64,000 nt of DNA, from the NCBI RefSeq assembly GCF_006345805.1, contig NC_042999.1, forward strand, positions 145,762,001 through 145,826,000, in the 5' to 3' direction. Positions 12,217 through 26,865 of the stretch are shown one piece after another. This DNA is from Octopus sinensis. Lineage: Eukaryota. Every line of letters starts with the position of its first letter. Position 1 is the stretch's first letter. The notes under the pieces were generated by a model. It saw only the letters and a list, made by a program, of their open reading frames with translations, was not told the origin of the DNA and made no database searches. A program made the translations under genes and the position numbers.

Positions 12217-12601
12217 CATATATATGTATATATATATGTCTGTACATGAATCAGAAGTATATGAATGTTCACTGGGTTTGTAAAAGAGATCAAAGCTAGA
12301 GGAAACCAAAATAACGAATGGACAACTCACTTTCAAACATATACTGCATTGTATCTGCCCCCTTTATGCTCCCTCGAAATTGTATGAAACTTACAGCATT
12401 ATCCTTTTTCCTAGGCTTGGATTTTGTGTTCCAAATGTTATTAGGATCATCCAGTAGTTTTCAATTCTATAAGTAACACACAATCAAACAAACACACAGA
12501 CATTGACTTTTATATAATAGATATATCTGTGTGCATATGAATATATATGTACTTTTGCAAACATACATACGCACACATACATACACTTAATTCATATACA
12601 C

Positions 12602-12672
<71 letters not shown>

Positions 12673-12701
12673 CATCCATCCATCCATCCATCCATCCATC
12701 C

Positions 12702-12767
<66 letters not shown>

Positions 12768-13056
12768 TAAGCTTTCTTTCCATTGCTATATATACACAGT
12801 TAGTCAAAAGTCACTCGAGAGTAAATCAAAATTCCATAAATACTATCTGTAATTGTGTATTGATTCGAACGGAAAAATGTGTCGCTCAAGAAGGACTTCC
12901 GTTAGAAAACGTTTCATGATGCTTCATATTTAGATGCTCTTATTGAATTCATTCAGTTGTTAAACATAAATAAATCTTGGATCTAAGTGGTTTTGATGTA
13001 CTGCCAGGTGACTTTTGACCAACCCTGTATAGAGAAACATACGCACACACAGATAT

Positions 13057-13104
<48 letters not shown>

Positions 13105-13625
13105 CGCATATATTTATATATATATATGCATATATATATATACATACATACCCCCCACATATATATGCATATGTATGTATGTCATTATTCAGTTTTATTT
13201 CAAGGGTTCTTGCATATAAAGACCCTGTTTTTTTATCAAGATCCAAGACTCCTTCATTGGAATTTCAGCATCAATAATAGGATATTTTTGTTTACTTGTG
13301 TACGTTTGTATGTATGTATGTATGTATGTATGTATGTATGTATGTATGTATGTATGTATGTATGTATGTATGTATGTATGTATGTATGTATGTATATATG
13401 TATGTATGTATGTGTTTATGTATGCATGTATTGCATTTTCGAATTGTCGAAATTAGTGTGGGTTACATGTAATATGTTGTAATATCTCGTAACCATTATT
13501 CATAATCATGATTTTTCTGAACCATATATATATATTTGTGTGTGTGTGTGTATTTATATGTGTATGTGTGTGTGCGTGTGCATATATATATGGTTATATT
13601 TTTCTTACGAAAGATATATATATAT

Positions 13626-13661
<36 letters not shown>

Positions 13662-13701
13662 ATTTCTCTTTTTCTTCTCTTGGCATTACAACACTTCCAA
13701 G

Positions 13702-13858
13702 GTGGATGATGACACGAATGAAACCATTCCATTGATAATAGCTGGTGGCGGCGGTGGCATTGGTGTTGGTCCCTTCCAGAAAGATCCGTCTGTCTTATAT
13801 TCGGATATCGACTTTACTATTAATGGAACAAACGGAAATATGTCCATTTCCGGTGCTG
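13702..13858 (+). CDS. ALK: ALK/LTK-like RTK, internal exon B (glycine-rich domain)
   Basis: Pyrimidine tract then ccaag|GTG; donor GCTG|gtatgt; 157 nt, phase 0-1; VDDDTNETIPLIIAGGGGGIGVGPFQKDPSVLYSDIDFTINGTNGNMSISGA resembles ALK PVPLIIAAGGGG...LNGNSGAAG. Confidence 0.88.
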
Positions 13859-15699
13859 GTATGTTTGTTTAGCTATATAAATCTTCCTTCTGTTGTTTCT
13901 TTTTGTTTTATTTCTCTGCTTTTAATCTGCGATAAAGTTAATTGCTTTCTATGTTCTAAGCAACTTTAAAATGTTATGTAAAAATTGACTTCGGTATCCA
14001 TAAGAGATTCTTCATAGGTCGTTGCCTAGCTCTCACCATTTAATGGATCTAAAACGGATGAGACAAAAATCTTCTGGTGCAAACGCTTGTCAATCACACA
14101 TGTGGTTAGGCTCTGTAGATATGTGTTATCTAATCGCAATGTATTAATGAAATTTGAACGCTAATGGATTATCATGCTAATCGACAACATCTACATTACC
14201 TTTGAATGCTCGGGCGCATCCACCATATGTTATAAAGCAATTTATCCCCTTCTCCCCCTCTCTTTAGAGATAACATGCCTCTGCATGATATAAAAATAGT
14301 AATCTTTTTGCTCATCAAAAGTGTTATCACGCTTGCTTATTACATGTTCTATCTGTGACTGTACCTGCTAATGGTGAGAACTATATAACTTCGATAAACT
14401 AGCGAAAACATAAGTTAGTGTTAAAATATTTAATGCAGAGCGTCGAAATATTAATTTGAAATACTTTTGCGGCGACGAAAACTATTAGCTTCATGATTAA
14501 TGTTGTTTTACTATTTCATCGACAGGTCATGTTTCGGTTTCATTATATCTCCTCAATGAAACATTTTATTCACCATACTTGCTGAAGTAGTAATATGACA
14601 ACTAATAATGATATATAAAATAATATACATTAATAAGTAGCAAAATTAATCGTAGTTGTTCTTTCTAAATCAATTACGGCTTAAACGACTTTCTTTGTAT
14701 TAATTCAAATGTTCTTTCATTAATTATCATCAGTACTGTAACTTTTGATTTGTTGTTTTCTTTCAAATTTTCGGTTTTCCTCCCGGCTCTAATGTAAATT
14801 AATTAAAAATCATATTTACCGTATTTAATAAGCTATTTCTCTTATGAAAATACACTACATTAAAGGCTTAATTATAGGTGCGCAGTTTGAAAGATATTTA
14901 AGAAAAAATCTACTTTTAATTTATTTTCTTGTTAAAACAGTAAATAGATAACATTTAATCTGATGCATTTAACCTAATGTCTATTTTAGATCCCACTAAT
15001 TAAACGTAAATGAATATGATTTCATCTATTATGTATCAGGCAACCTGTTAGATCCTTATTTGTGCATTCATATTAACCAAAGTTCTGCTAAACGATGATC
15101 ATTAAAATTGATATTCTAATTTTCTTCAATTAGCTGTATTCCCTTTATTCTGCATATAACTGCTCTAAACAACAGGGTTAGCAACAGTGCTGTATAATCG
15201 ATGCGTTTTATAAGATTGCATTGTGGAAAAGATTCGCACTCTATGTATCAAGAAGAATTTCTAGGTACGCGGAAGGGAAAGCCTGAGTAAGGCAAAGCGT
15301 TATCATGAATGACGGAATGATATTAAGCGTTGTTTATGACTGACAATAGTTGTGACATATGTGAAATGAAATTATTGTAATTAAGGATAAAATCAAAGAC
15401 AGAATCACGTATATCTAAAGTCATATTCCACATAACTGCTCAATCTATGCAAACATAAACCATCCATATGATATAAGATTTTCCCTAAGGAGGCACAGCT
15501 TAATTACATAGTAATGATTTTGATAAATGCAATTTTGTGAGAAAAGAGTTGATAGTATAAAGATAATTGTAGCATAATTTATGGAAAGAGTTGATGTTGC
15601 ATTTGATATTCTTTTACAGAATATCCTCCCAGCCTTCCATCTCTCCATCTCTCTCTCACTCCCTCCATCCATTTATGCATCCATCCATACATACATGAT

Positions 15700-16345
15700 A
15701 AACAAGAGGGATAAAGGTACAACCAAACTTGCACGTTGTGATGCAAGATGTCTGTTCTGCTATACTGATATGGAAAATATCACCCACATGATCGACAGCT
15801 GTCTCAAAATATCTACATAATACTGCCTGCCATGAGGCATGAAATATTTTCAAAGACTATTTACAATGCTATCTGTAGGACGGATTTCTCTGAAGTATAC
15901 GTTAAAAGTATATCAGAACCAGTATGTATTCACACCTTTAAAAACAAGGAACACCGCTGGATCACTCCAGTGAAAACAGCAGTTCGTTACCAACATAACA
16001 GACCTGATATTGCTCTGTGGGACTGGGAACAAAATTATGCATTGCTGTAGAGGTCAGCTGCCCAGCAGATATGAATGTACCATCAAAAGTCCAGGAAAAA
16101 GAGAATATTTATGGCTAAATAATGCAGAACGTGCAGCTCTTGTACCCTGACTATAAGTTATCATTTGTACCTATAATCATAGGTAAATTAAGTTATGTAG
16201 CAACAAATTTACACAAAATACTAGAAATACTAGGTTTTCTGAAGAAAGAGCAAAAGAAGGTGACGCGGATTCTCCAAGTCCAATCTATTATTGGCAAAAG
16301 GAAGATTCGTAAGACATTCCAAAAATTCTCCGAGATCCCTTAAGT
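15700..16345 (+). mobile_element. Divergent RLE-type LINE 3' fragment
   Basis: RCLFC..ENITHMIDSC zinc knuckle, MRHE, HNRPDIALWD, EVSCPAD, FVPIIIG; frameshifted. Confidence 0.75.
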
Positions 16346-18509
16346 GAATAGATGCCCACGCTTGAGTGTATGCATCGACTGCTCAATCAACACACCAACT
16401 CAACCACATATCTACAAACCCCGAGAACTCACTTCACTTGAAAAGTCTTATCGTTCTGTGAGCGACTGGCTTGAACTCTCTTGAGAAAAACTTAAATAAA
16501 ACTCAAAGACAAAAAATGATGGTTGCAACTCATTTTCGTGCGACGCCACTGAAACATGAACAGCATGGATGCAGCTTTTCATTCTGCCAGGGACCTAAAG
16601 TCCTTTGCACAGCTGTGGTGGTGATGGGTGCCACTTGTTGCAGGTTTCATTAAAGCTGAGAATCCACACCAACATATAAAAACATATATGCATATGTGCA
16701 TGCGCGCACACGTGTGTGTAATCTTCAGAGAATGCAGTGACTGGGCGGAGCGTTAGAATATCGGACAAAATGTTTTGCGGTTATATATATTGCTACCTCT
16801 TACGTTCTAAATTCAGATTCAATCTAAGTTACCTATGCTTTTCATCTGAGTCGATAAAATATTTAGCAGTCGAGTACAGGTGAGAGCAGCTCACATTTTA
16901 AAACGAAAAATGATTTCTCCGACTCTTCTCAGTTTTTTCCCCTCTACTTTGCAAAATCCTAATCCTCGTGGTCGCATACGTGGGAGCCCCAAGATATTTT
17001 CGAAAGAAGAAAAACTCAAATTATAGGTGGTGGTCCGACATGTCAGTCTGAAAGTGAAGCGTGAAACAAAAATTCTTACCATACGGATTGTAAGGATAAT
17101 GGTAGGAAAACTGAGAAGGGGAAGAAACAACTCGGATTCTGGTGAGGTGAACTTTGCCTTCGTTTCATTCTATACCGAATGAAAACAAAAAACATTGTGT
17201 ATCGATAAATGTCGATACAAGCAACCATGTGTTCCTTTCTCATTGCCTTTCAATATAATATTGTACTAAAACATGAAGTTACTGTTGTTTTGTCTCAGGT
17301 TAGCTCTGATTAAACTTTTAAAATATTCTAGCCTAAAATATTCCCCCTTTCAATCGGATATTTTTCGTCTGTGATTACATTGACCCACGTTTTTAGTTTT
17401 GAAGACAGTCAAGTGTGATTTAAGAGATACTTGCCTGCTATTTCTCGCATGTCGAGTGGTCACATAAAAATTGACAGTGCCGATTAATACGATGCAATTA
17501 CATATGCAATAATAGGAACGCAGTTAATATTAATTATGATAGAATACTTAGATGAAAGTCATTCCGTTCTATGTAAAAGTTCATTAAAATGCAAACATTT
17601 CCCCCGAGTAAAGAATATTTCCCGGCAAACAAATATATTAGACTCTGATATCTTCATCCTATTCTCTATTAAAAGTTTTTTTTCCGATAAAGGGGTTTCG
17701 TAAAATGGTTAGCACTAAGGACAGCGGAATACTTCGGTACGTAAATAATTACATGAGATTTAATGTTGTTTACCGTTGTTCAACCGATATAGGTATTGAT
17801 TCTGTATTTATTTAATAAGCATCAGAACTACTTAACAAACGTCCAAACTGATGATTTCCCTTACCGCATTTCATTTGCGATTATTTCAAAGTAAAGTAAA
17901 TTGCTATTTTCTAAACTGGTTACTTAATGTTTTTAACTTAAGGGAAAGATTTATCATACACAGAACATTAAGGAAGCCGAAGATGAATATAGGACAATTG
18001 ATTGCATCAAAAGTTAGTGAAAGCAAGTAACTGTACTGATTAAGTAAAAAGATTTAAGATTAGAATAGAAGAAACAACATGTTGTGAGGCTGATCTCTTT
18101 CTCAGCAACATTAGCGGCATGAGAGGAAATAGCTTCTCTGTATACTTACACTTGCAGTTGATTTTCCCGTTGAACTCTTGCTCCGTACAACTTGGCACTA
18201 GCAAAATAATAGTTTCTAGCAAAGCCTCAAGTTTATATAATATTTTGAAGAGTTTTTACTCATGGGATGGATAATACCTTGTGAAATTCAACGTAAAGTA
18301 AATAAACTAAAGCGTATAATGAAGGCCCAAAAGTTTTGAGTTAAAAGCAAAAATATCTGGTTGTTTTAGTCACAGTGAGTCAATGCTAAGCTCGAAAAAA
18401 CTAATATCATTGTCTTTATTTTCTTCTTGTCGACATTTTATTTCTTATTTAATCGACCCCAAAAGGAGATAGCGCTTTAGGATACCATTGTAGAAGAGCG
18501 CTAGAATGT

Positions 18510-18549
<40 letters not shown>

Positions 18550-18959
18550 GCACTCCGTCGGTTGCGGCAAAGAGGGTTCCAGTTGATCCGATCAACGGAA
18601 CAGCCAGCTCATAAAATTAACATACAAGTGGCTGATCACTCCACAGACACGTGTACCCTTCATGTAGTTCTCAAGAAGAATCAGCGTGACACAGAGTGTG
18701 ACAAGGCTGGTCATTTGAAATACAGGTACAACAGATACAGAAAGAAAGAGCGAGAGAAGTTGTAGTGAAAGAATACAGCAGGGTTCGCCATCACCCCCTG
18801 CCGGAGCCGAGTGGAACTCTTTAGGTGTTTTCGCTCAATAAACGCACACAACGCCCGGTCTGGGAATCGAGACCGCGTTTCTACGACCGCGAAACCGCTG
18901 CTCTAGTCACTGAGCCATTGCGACTCCACAACCACACACACACACATGTATGTGTGTAT

Positions 18960-19008
<49 letters not shown>

Positions 19009-19374
19009 TGTATAACTGTGTTTGTCGCGCCACCATCACTTGATAACCGAAGTTGTTGTGTCTACGTCCTCGTAATCTAGCGGTTTGGCAAAACAGACCA
19101 ATAGAATAAATACTAGGCTTACAAAGAGTAAGTCCCGGGGTCGCTTTGTTCGACTAAAGATAGTGCTCCAGCATGGCCGCAGTCAAATGACTGAAGCAAG
19201 TAACAGAAATATATTTGAATCTGTTTGTCTGTCTGCCTGTCTGCATGCCTGTCTATATATAGTAAATACATGACGCTCGTATATAACATGTGTGTATATA
19301 TATTATATATACATATATATTCATGGAAGTGTACAGTATTATTTACCAGGTTGCTACTATATATGTTTGTGTGT

Positions 19375-19423
<49 letters not shown>

Positions 19424-21472
19424 GTCTGTTGCTTTTTTATGTATACAATTTATTTATAATTATCAACATGTAAAGGGTAAAGACCCCCTTCGGTCATGAA
19501 TGACCATGGGATTGCACCTAGAAAGTTACCCTCCTAGACACAAGTCCGGGCACGGTTGTTTATGGAAGACCAGCAGTCGCCCATGCATACCAGCCTCCCC
19601 TCTCCACGCCACCAGTGTTATCCAAGGGAAAGACAAAGGTCGATACAGCTTGGCACCAGTGACGTCGCAACTCATTTCTACAGCTGAGTGAACTGGAGCA
19701 ACGTGAATAAATAATATAAATAATTACATACTAAATCAATATAACTATCTTGGTATGAACAAATCCTTAAAAATTTAAATAAAAATCAAAATTATTGCAA
19801 ATGGGAGCGATAGGAGCGATGGTTTTCCTTGCAAATGCTATACAGTCACAAACTGTCTGTCGATAGTCAACTGGAAAAGATGTTTTCCTGGGACTAAAAC
19901 AACAGTAACATCGTCGTTTATTGGACTGCCACATTCTGTTGGCATATATACTTTACTATTATAAAAAATTATAGTGCACAAAAATCTATTTAATACATAT
20001 ATCTATGCTGAAAATAATATATTTATAGCTAAATATTATATTATCTGCATTGATCTTTGTGCAGTTTGTAATTTATTTTGGTTGGGTTCAGAGCTAGTGT
20101 GAGCCTTACTTTCTTGCTTCTTTCTGTTAGCCAAATGTGGTGCATGTGACTGCACCAAGATTGTTAGTGCATGATTTTGTTAGTTTTACTATATATTCTA
20201 TATGTGTTGTGAACGATGTGAAGGAGTTTTTCGTAACTCCTAGTATTTTTGTCTTCTCTGTATTGTTTGTTCCTCATAAGGGCCGGTTCCCGGTTTCCTT
20301 GGCATATAGGTTCCCCACATGGACGGGATGCCGGTCCGTCGCAGGTGATCTACAAGATGCAGGAGGAAAGAGTGAGAGAAAGTTGTGGCGAAAGAGTTAG
20401 CCGGAGCCGCGTGGAGCTTAGGTGTTTCGCTCATAAACACAAACATCGCCCGGTCTGCTCTAACCACTAGGCCATGTGCCTCCACCTTCTCTGTATATGT
20501 TTATGTGTGTATGTATATATGAGTGTGTTTGATATATTTCTATTGTGTGATATTTGTTATTCTCTAATGTTACATGTAAAGAAGGAAAAACGGTAGATTT
20601 GGAAGTTTGTAGATGATTTAAGGCGGATTAAAGTAGTTTTGCAGCTGTGTATGTGACTGACTTGGAGTTGAAACTCTCTCTACATATTATGGAAGTGTGG
20701 CAAGGTGGTGGAGATGTAAATTGGGAAAATTACCTTTAGAATACTCTTGAATACTCTTTAAGTTTCGTTATAAAGAAGATAGGCTTGGTAACTTGGCTGT
20801 TTTGTAATATGGTGAAGGCAGAGCCAGGTCTCCTTTAGTAGATGTGGACAGCAGGAAACAAAGTGGGAAACGTTGTTAATGGTGGTATTAATTGAAGTTG
20901 TATGAGTGGGAGATTGTCCTTGTTGAATCTGTCATGTGTTAGTTACTTTATGGTTCGTAACGGAAATTGAACTATTATGACAATAGCGAAGACTGTGACA
21001 ACGGTGGTTATGATGATGATGAGGATGATGTTGATGATGATATTGGTGGTGGTGCAGGTGGTGATAGTGATGATGGTGATAATGATAATGATGATGGTGG
21101 TGATGGTGATGATGATGCTACTGCTGTTGTTGCCGCTGATGATGTTGATGGTAACAACAACGACGACGACGACAATGATGCATGGTGAAAATAAAGTTCA
21201 TGCTTTGATTCCAAAACAGAAGTCTAATGTGTGTTAATGGTAAACCCCAAAGTCTTGGTATTCTGCTTTGTAAATCAAACTTTATTTACAAACAGAAACT
21301 TCAAGAGTCTATTACGCCAGATTCATTGGGGGAAACAGTCTATAATACACTGACTATTTTATGAGTAACAATTAGTCTTCGGAGTATTTCATTAATAACT
21401 TTTTCATTTCTTATCGCCCATTCCCTTGATTAGATGTATGTGTATCTTTCTGTGTTGGCCTCTCTCTCTCTG

Positions 21473-21510
<38 letters not shown>

Positions 21511-21812
21511 ATAAGAGTAATGAATATAAAAATACATTACGCAGGATATATCGTAAACAATTCAAATTTATTTACGAATATATCAGTGGCCAGAACAAGC
21601 AATCGAAAAATCTTTTGTAAAAGAAGGGCGTATAATTGTGAATAAATCACAGTTATAACGGAGAGAATTATAAAAACCCTTACATGTCTAGAAATAGCAG
21701 TCAAAACCGCTATAAAGCCACTACAACCACTCATATTATATCTCCTCAACTATAAAAGATATCGGCGAGTGACGACATAAAAATTCAAAATTTAAATAAC
21801 AATAAATTGTTA

Positions 21813-21875
21813 GTCCTTTATTGCGATTTCGAAGTTAGGAACCAAAAGTGGATCCATTCTTCTCATCAGGAGAAC
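21813..21875 (-). ncRNA. Putative type I hammerhead ribozyme (minimal stem III)
   Basis: Minus strand: GUUCUC-CUGAUGA-GAAG...CUUC-GAAA-U cgca A-UA/AAGGAC. Core intact; stem I has a C.A mismatch next to the core. Confidence 0.65.
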
Positions 21876-22089
21876 ATTCCTCTGCATAGAAATTAACATA
21901 AAAACATACCTTGGGGCTTAACATGTGTCCCGATTGGCAAGAATAATGTCAACGTCTAACTACACAATTCAAATTCTGAATACAAGTGTCATGCACGTAT
22001 CGCTGTAAACAGTATGAAAAATGTGAACGCTTCTTCCAACAACATAGAGAATTTAAAATAAACAGGAGAAAATTTTATAGAGTGTTAAG

Positions 22090-23170
22090 CAAAAAACGAT
22101 ATGAATAGATGACATGCAAACATCAGCGATTCAGTCATGCTGGGAAAGAATACGGAGCAAACAAAAAATCACATCCAAAATGCTCAGTGGATAAATAGGG
22201 GAAAATAAAAGAATAACAAAATAGCAACACAGATATGACCCACCATCACAGGGCAAGAGATCACGGGCATACTGAGGGGTACTTGCAACTGGGAAACTCC
22301 AAGGATAGAAAAGGTCCCCACCTTCTGAGACAACTCATCAATACTCATACCCACATGTCGGAAGCATTTAATTTATTAATATGCAAGCCAGAATCAACGC
22401 CAAACTGGATGCTGGAAGGATAAACTACCCTAATTCCCAAAAACAAAGACGCCGTACAACCACAAAATTCTAGGCCAATAACAAGCTCTGAACTAAAAGC
22501 TGAAACAGAAGGAGTGATTCTCACTGCACAAGACCAATGTCTAACTGCCAACAAATATAAAAGGAAAATAATGAAAATAAGTCTTAACACCAAATGCGAA
22601 ATGTGCAACCAGCACTATTATCTCTGGCTGTCCAGTCCTTGCCAAATCTGAATATATATACAGATATGACTGAGTAAGTAGTTATATTTAGCGGACAATA
22701 TGCTATGAATACAACATTAAAAACTGACAATAAATGATATAAACTTGTGCCAAACAAGGTACAAGACAACGACCAGGGCACAATCATCTGCGATATGCCT
22801 GCTCAAACCGACAAAGAAATAAAATTAATCAGCCAGTCAAGGATTAAAAAAAAATCTCTACTTACTGATAGACATTGCAGTCCCTTCTGACCGAAATATT
22901 GTCCAAACAGAAGTGGAGAAATAGTCAAAATACAAAGACCTCGAAATTGAAGTAATTAGGATGTGGGGCAAGTAGATGAAAACAATATCAGTAATAATTA
23001 GAGCACTGGGCATGATAAAAAAAAGCATATCAATAAAACATAGAAGCTATACCTGGATCCTCAATATTACACACTATCCAAAAAATAGCCCCATTAGGAA
23101 CAGCCCACATCCGATGCAGGATACTATCGATTCAATAATACAACCTGAGCAAAACTACACACAAACATAA
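22090..23170 (+). mobile_element. RLE-type LINE relic with the RT domain deleted
   Basis: PNWMLEG*TTLIPK..PQNSRPIT joined directly to SSELKAETEGVILTAQDQ; then zinc-knuckle and endonuclease remnants and SKYKDLEIEVIRMW. Confidence 0.8.
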
Positions 23171-24006
23171 GACAAATCTATATAGCAAATATCCAATGAA
23201 ATGAACCACCACTACCAGGCCGGAGGGCTCGGAGTTACTTCATAATTTTGGCAGATGAAGTTCATCAAAAATTTGCAGTAATGGAAGCAATGCTCCATCT
23301 TTGGGTGTTTATTTTACCTCTGCGTTTTCAGATGAATTCTGCTTGGTTATCCTTATGATCGATCTACGTGCCTAAATTTGAAATTTCAACTGCTTTTCTC
23401 TGTACAAAAGCCATATTGAATATTTAGCGATATTTAATTACATAAAATTAGAGGCATTTAGATCATTTAACTAATGCTCTCCCAAGTGAGCTATTTCGAT
23501 GCTTACCTTCTCCTAAATTAAAATCGTGCCGATACCTTTCATTTATTTAAGATCGATAAAATAATTCTCAGTAACATCGATCGTTAAATCATTTCGCCAT
23601 TTGAAATATTTTAATAATAGTTGCAGTTGTTGTTATTGGTGCTGTTGTTACTGTCCTTGTTGCTGTTTAAGCATTAATCTTCTAATCGAGTTGAGCCTAC
23701 CGCGTGTTATTCAATCACAATATATTCATGACTACACTATGTCCTTCCTTTTTACTATGGAACAGAGTAATTTTAGTGAGCTTTCTTCTTTACCCTTAGC
23801 ATGTCTCGCGACAGCTGATCTTGTTTGCTCTCAGCGACCTCATTATGATACCTACGTCGAACTGGAGTGGAGATACGAGTTAACGATATAATGTTCATCA
23901 TTAAAGCCATTACATTTCTGAGTATTGCCCAAAAGACAAACAAAAACTGAATCAATAACATCTCAGTAAATGTCACTCTCAGATAAATTTTAAAATTTCT
24001 CTTCAG

Positions 24007-24183
24007 GTGCTGGTGGTGGTTGGAGTGGTGAGACATACTCGCCACTTGCAGGAATGTCTTTATTAAATGGCAGCATTGGAGGAACAGGATGCCCCGGACC
24101 AAACGGACGTCACCATGCCGCCGGTGGATTTGGAGGAGGAGGCGGAGCTTGTCGTGGAGGAGGTGGTGGTGGAGGCTACAAAG
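24007..24183 (+). CDS. ALK: ALK/LTK-like RTK, internal exon C (glycine-rich domain)
   Basis: ttcag|GT ... AAAG|gtacgt; 177 nt, phase 1-1; (G)AGGGWSGETYSPLAGMSLLNGSIGGTGCPGPNGRHHAAGGFGGGGGACRGGGGGGGYK contains the ALK signature GGFGGGGGxCxxGGGGGGYxG. Confidence 0.93.
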
Positions 24184-26438
24184 GTACGTTCCTGTTTGTT
24201 GTCAACTTAAGCGTGACTAACTGAATGTTTGTATTGCTTTTTTATGTAACTGTTTTAGAGGAAAAGATGTTTCGGTAAATCGAAACCAAAACGCAGTTTC
24301 ATTCCCATCTGAAAAACAAATTCATTTCAATCCTGTTCCTAATAACTTTAGGACGTTGGATAGTAGGCTTAATCTGTCTCTTAGTTTAACTCTCCCACTT
24401 AGATCTGACAGTCTCTATTGTAATAGACTCTGTTGCAAGCAATCCTAACAGGTGTCCATTTTAAGGACAACTCTTGATTTCATCCCCCAAATCTTGGAAA
24501 GCCAGGTAAATGTTATGGATACTATTCTTTCTCCTATGATAAAATCATTAAAACAAATTGGGAACGTACGAATGCCTTAAAATATTTCATTTTACTTTCG
24601 GCCAGACTATAAGGCCTTGTGTGTATAGGTATTAGGAACAAATATTCGTAATATTTAGGTACAAACCACTGAATTCATATAAGCTATAGGTTTCATCTCT
24701 AAGTTTGTGAATGTAATTTAATTAATTACATATATGTATGTAGCCATTTTAATCAACTGTACATTTCCCCTATTAATTTGTCTCTCTGTACCACTGTGAT
24801 TACTCAATATTTAGGTCGTCTGACATTTTTCGGTGTTATTTCTCTGTTCAAACTCCAGCGCAGAGTGGTTGTCTTCTTCATTGCTGTAGTCTCGGTCGCA
24901 ATCGCATTTCAGTTATTTTATTTGTATTGGTCGATATAAAAATGGTGAAGTAAAATTTCTGTTGCTTGAAATTGCATATAACCTAAAATAAAATGGTTCT
25001 CTCTCATAACCAAAGAAACAATCTACTAGAACATCCAAAGAGTTCGTTTCATTCATAAACTTTTTCAATAATTTCTACAAAAACTCAAACCATGTACGCA
25101 GGTTATTCAAATCATTCGCACAGATATTTCCCTTCTCCCATGAAATATACTCATAACTCCCAAATCCCCGTTTCCTTTACTGATATTTATGTTGGAGCTA
25201 TGAAGACAAAACTTCTGCATAGAACACCAGAAGGAAGTAACTAAATCGAAAGTGGCTATATATATTGAATATCTGGTAACTAACTGATATAAGTAGTTGT
25301 CCAACTACTTGCAAATTCACTTGCCTCAAACATCACAGTCTCACATTTAAGCTGTTTACCAATAACATCCCTTCTAGCTTTATAGAATCCGTCCACCGGT
25401 CATTTGGCATGACAGTTTGTTAGTAGCGCTCCTAATTAGTCAATTATAACGATTTATTTTTGATTTGTCACCACATACACTCGCTAGGCTCTCAATTCCT
25501 AAGTTATTTTGATGCCACTTGCGTATATTTCCCCAGTAAGTCCAGCCCAATAAAATAACATATGATAATATCAATTCCTGAAATGCCAAACTTTATACAC
25601 TGTAGTTAACTGATTTTCTTTCTGGAGAAAAATCAACGTCCTTATATATATATATATATATATATAAATATATGTTGATTCGCTAGCTTCTGCACGCATT
25701 TTTTTTCTCGCCTTGTTTCTCTCCGTCTTTCTTTTCTGTGTATCGTTCTGTTGAAGAGCGTAGGCTCGTAACGTAAAAGACTTGTTTTATTTATATTCCT
25801 GAGCGCCATGCTAATACAATTGTTTGTTTGTATTCCACCTGCCTTCGTCTTTTGTTTATTTTCATAAAGCTTCCCGTTATATATATATATATATATTCTA
25901 TTACTAACCTATCATTCTAAATTACAACGTCTCAGAAAGGAAGCAGTCAAGACTACCTCTATTATACCATTCAATCTATCGCTTCTGTTAGAGAACAGCA
26001 TTACAGTTAAAATCAAATTTCACACACTAGTAGTCAATCGTCATTTTGAAATTCAATGCAAGTAAAATTAGCGTCCTTCCAATTGGAAAAGCCATATCTG
26101 TGCCTGGAACGAGACCCTGCTCTGTTAAGTTGTCCACCTATAGCTTTCCTGCATCCTCCATCTCTGGGATCGGAATTTCCTGTCAAAGTTTTCTGTGCCT
26201 TCGCTAGCTAACTTCGAGTTACATTTTATCAATTCTAAGGGATCTCAGATTTTGGTTGTTTCTCCCTTTTTTCGCTATATTGAAGTCATGCTGTTGTGTC
26301 TAAACACATACGCACACACACACACACACACACACATACACACACGCACAAGCACACGCACGTACACATACACACAAGCACGGGCGTACACTCACTCACA
26401 CACACGCGCGCGCTCACACACACACACATACGTACACA

Positions 26439-26472
<34 letters not shown>

Positions 26473-26699
26473 GAGAGTAGTATCCTTTGCTTCTCTTCAA
26501 CATTTTGCACTCAGCTGTTATATGATGTTTAAATATCCATCGTCAGATTTTCACAGCTTCGATGAGAAGAAATTGGAAATTCTTCTCTAACAGAAACATG
26601 GCGTCTTAGACTCCATCAAGCGAAGAGAGGAGGGAGGAAAGTACGCGTGACGCACAGACACACACACATAAATACACACGCGCGCGCATATACACATAT

Positions 26700-26865
26700 A
26701 TACGACGGGTTTCTTTTCAATTTCCGTCTACCAAATCTACTCATAAATCTTTGGTCGGCTCGAGGCTATAGAAGACACTTGGTCAAAGTGCCTCACAGTG
26801 GGACTGAACCCGGAACCATGTGGTTGGGAAGCAATCTTCTTACCACACAGCCACGCCTGTGCCTA
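26700..26865 (-). mobile_element. SINE family A, 5' half
   Basis: Reverse complement of the family A head. Confidence 0.75.

Noticed and set aside
20967-21237. Asp/Gly-rich ORF that might be another ALK glycine-rich exon
   Set aside because: Degenerate (GAT/GGT)n repeat; exons B and C already join in frame and collinearly with ALK without it.
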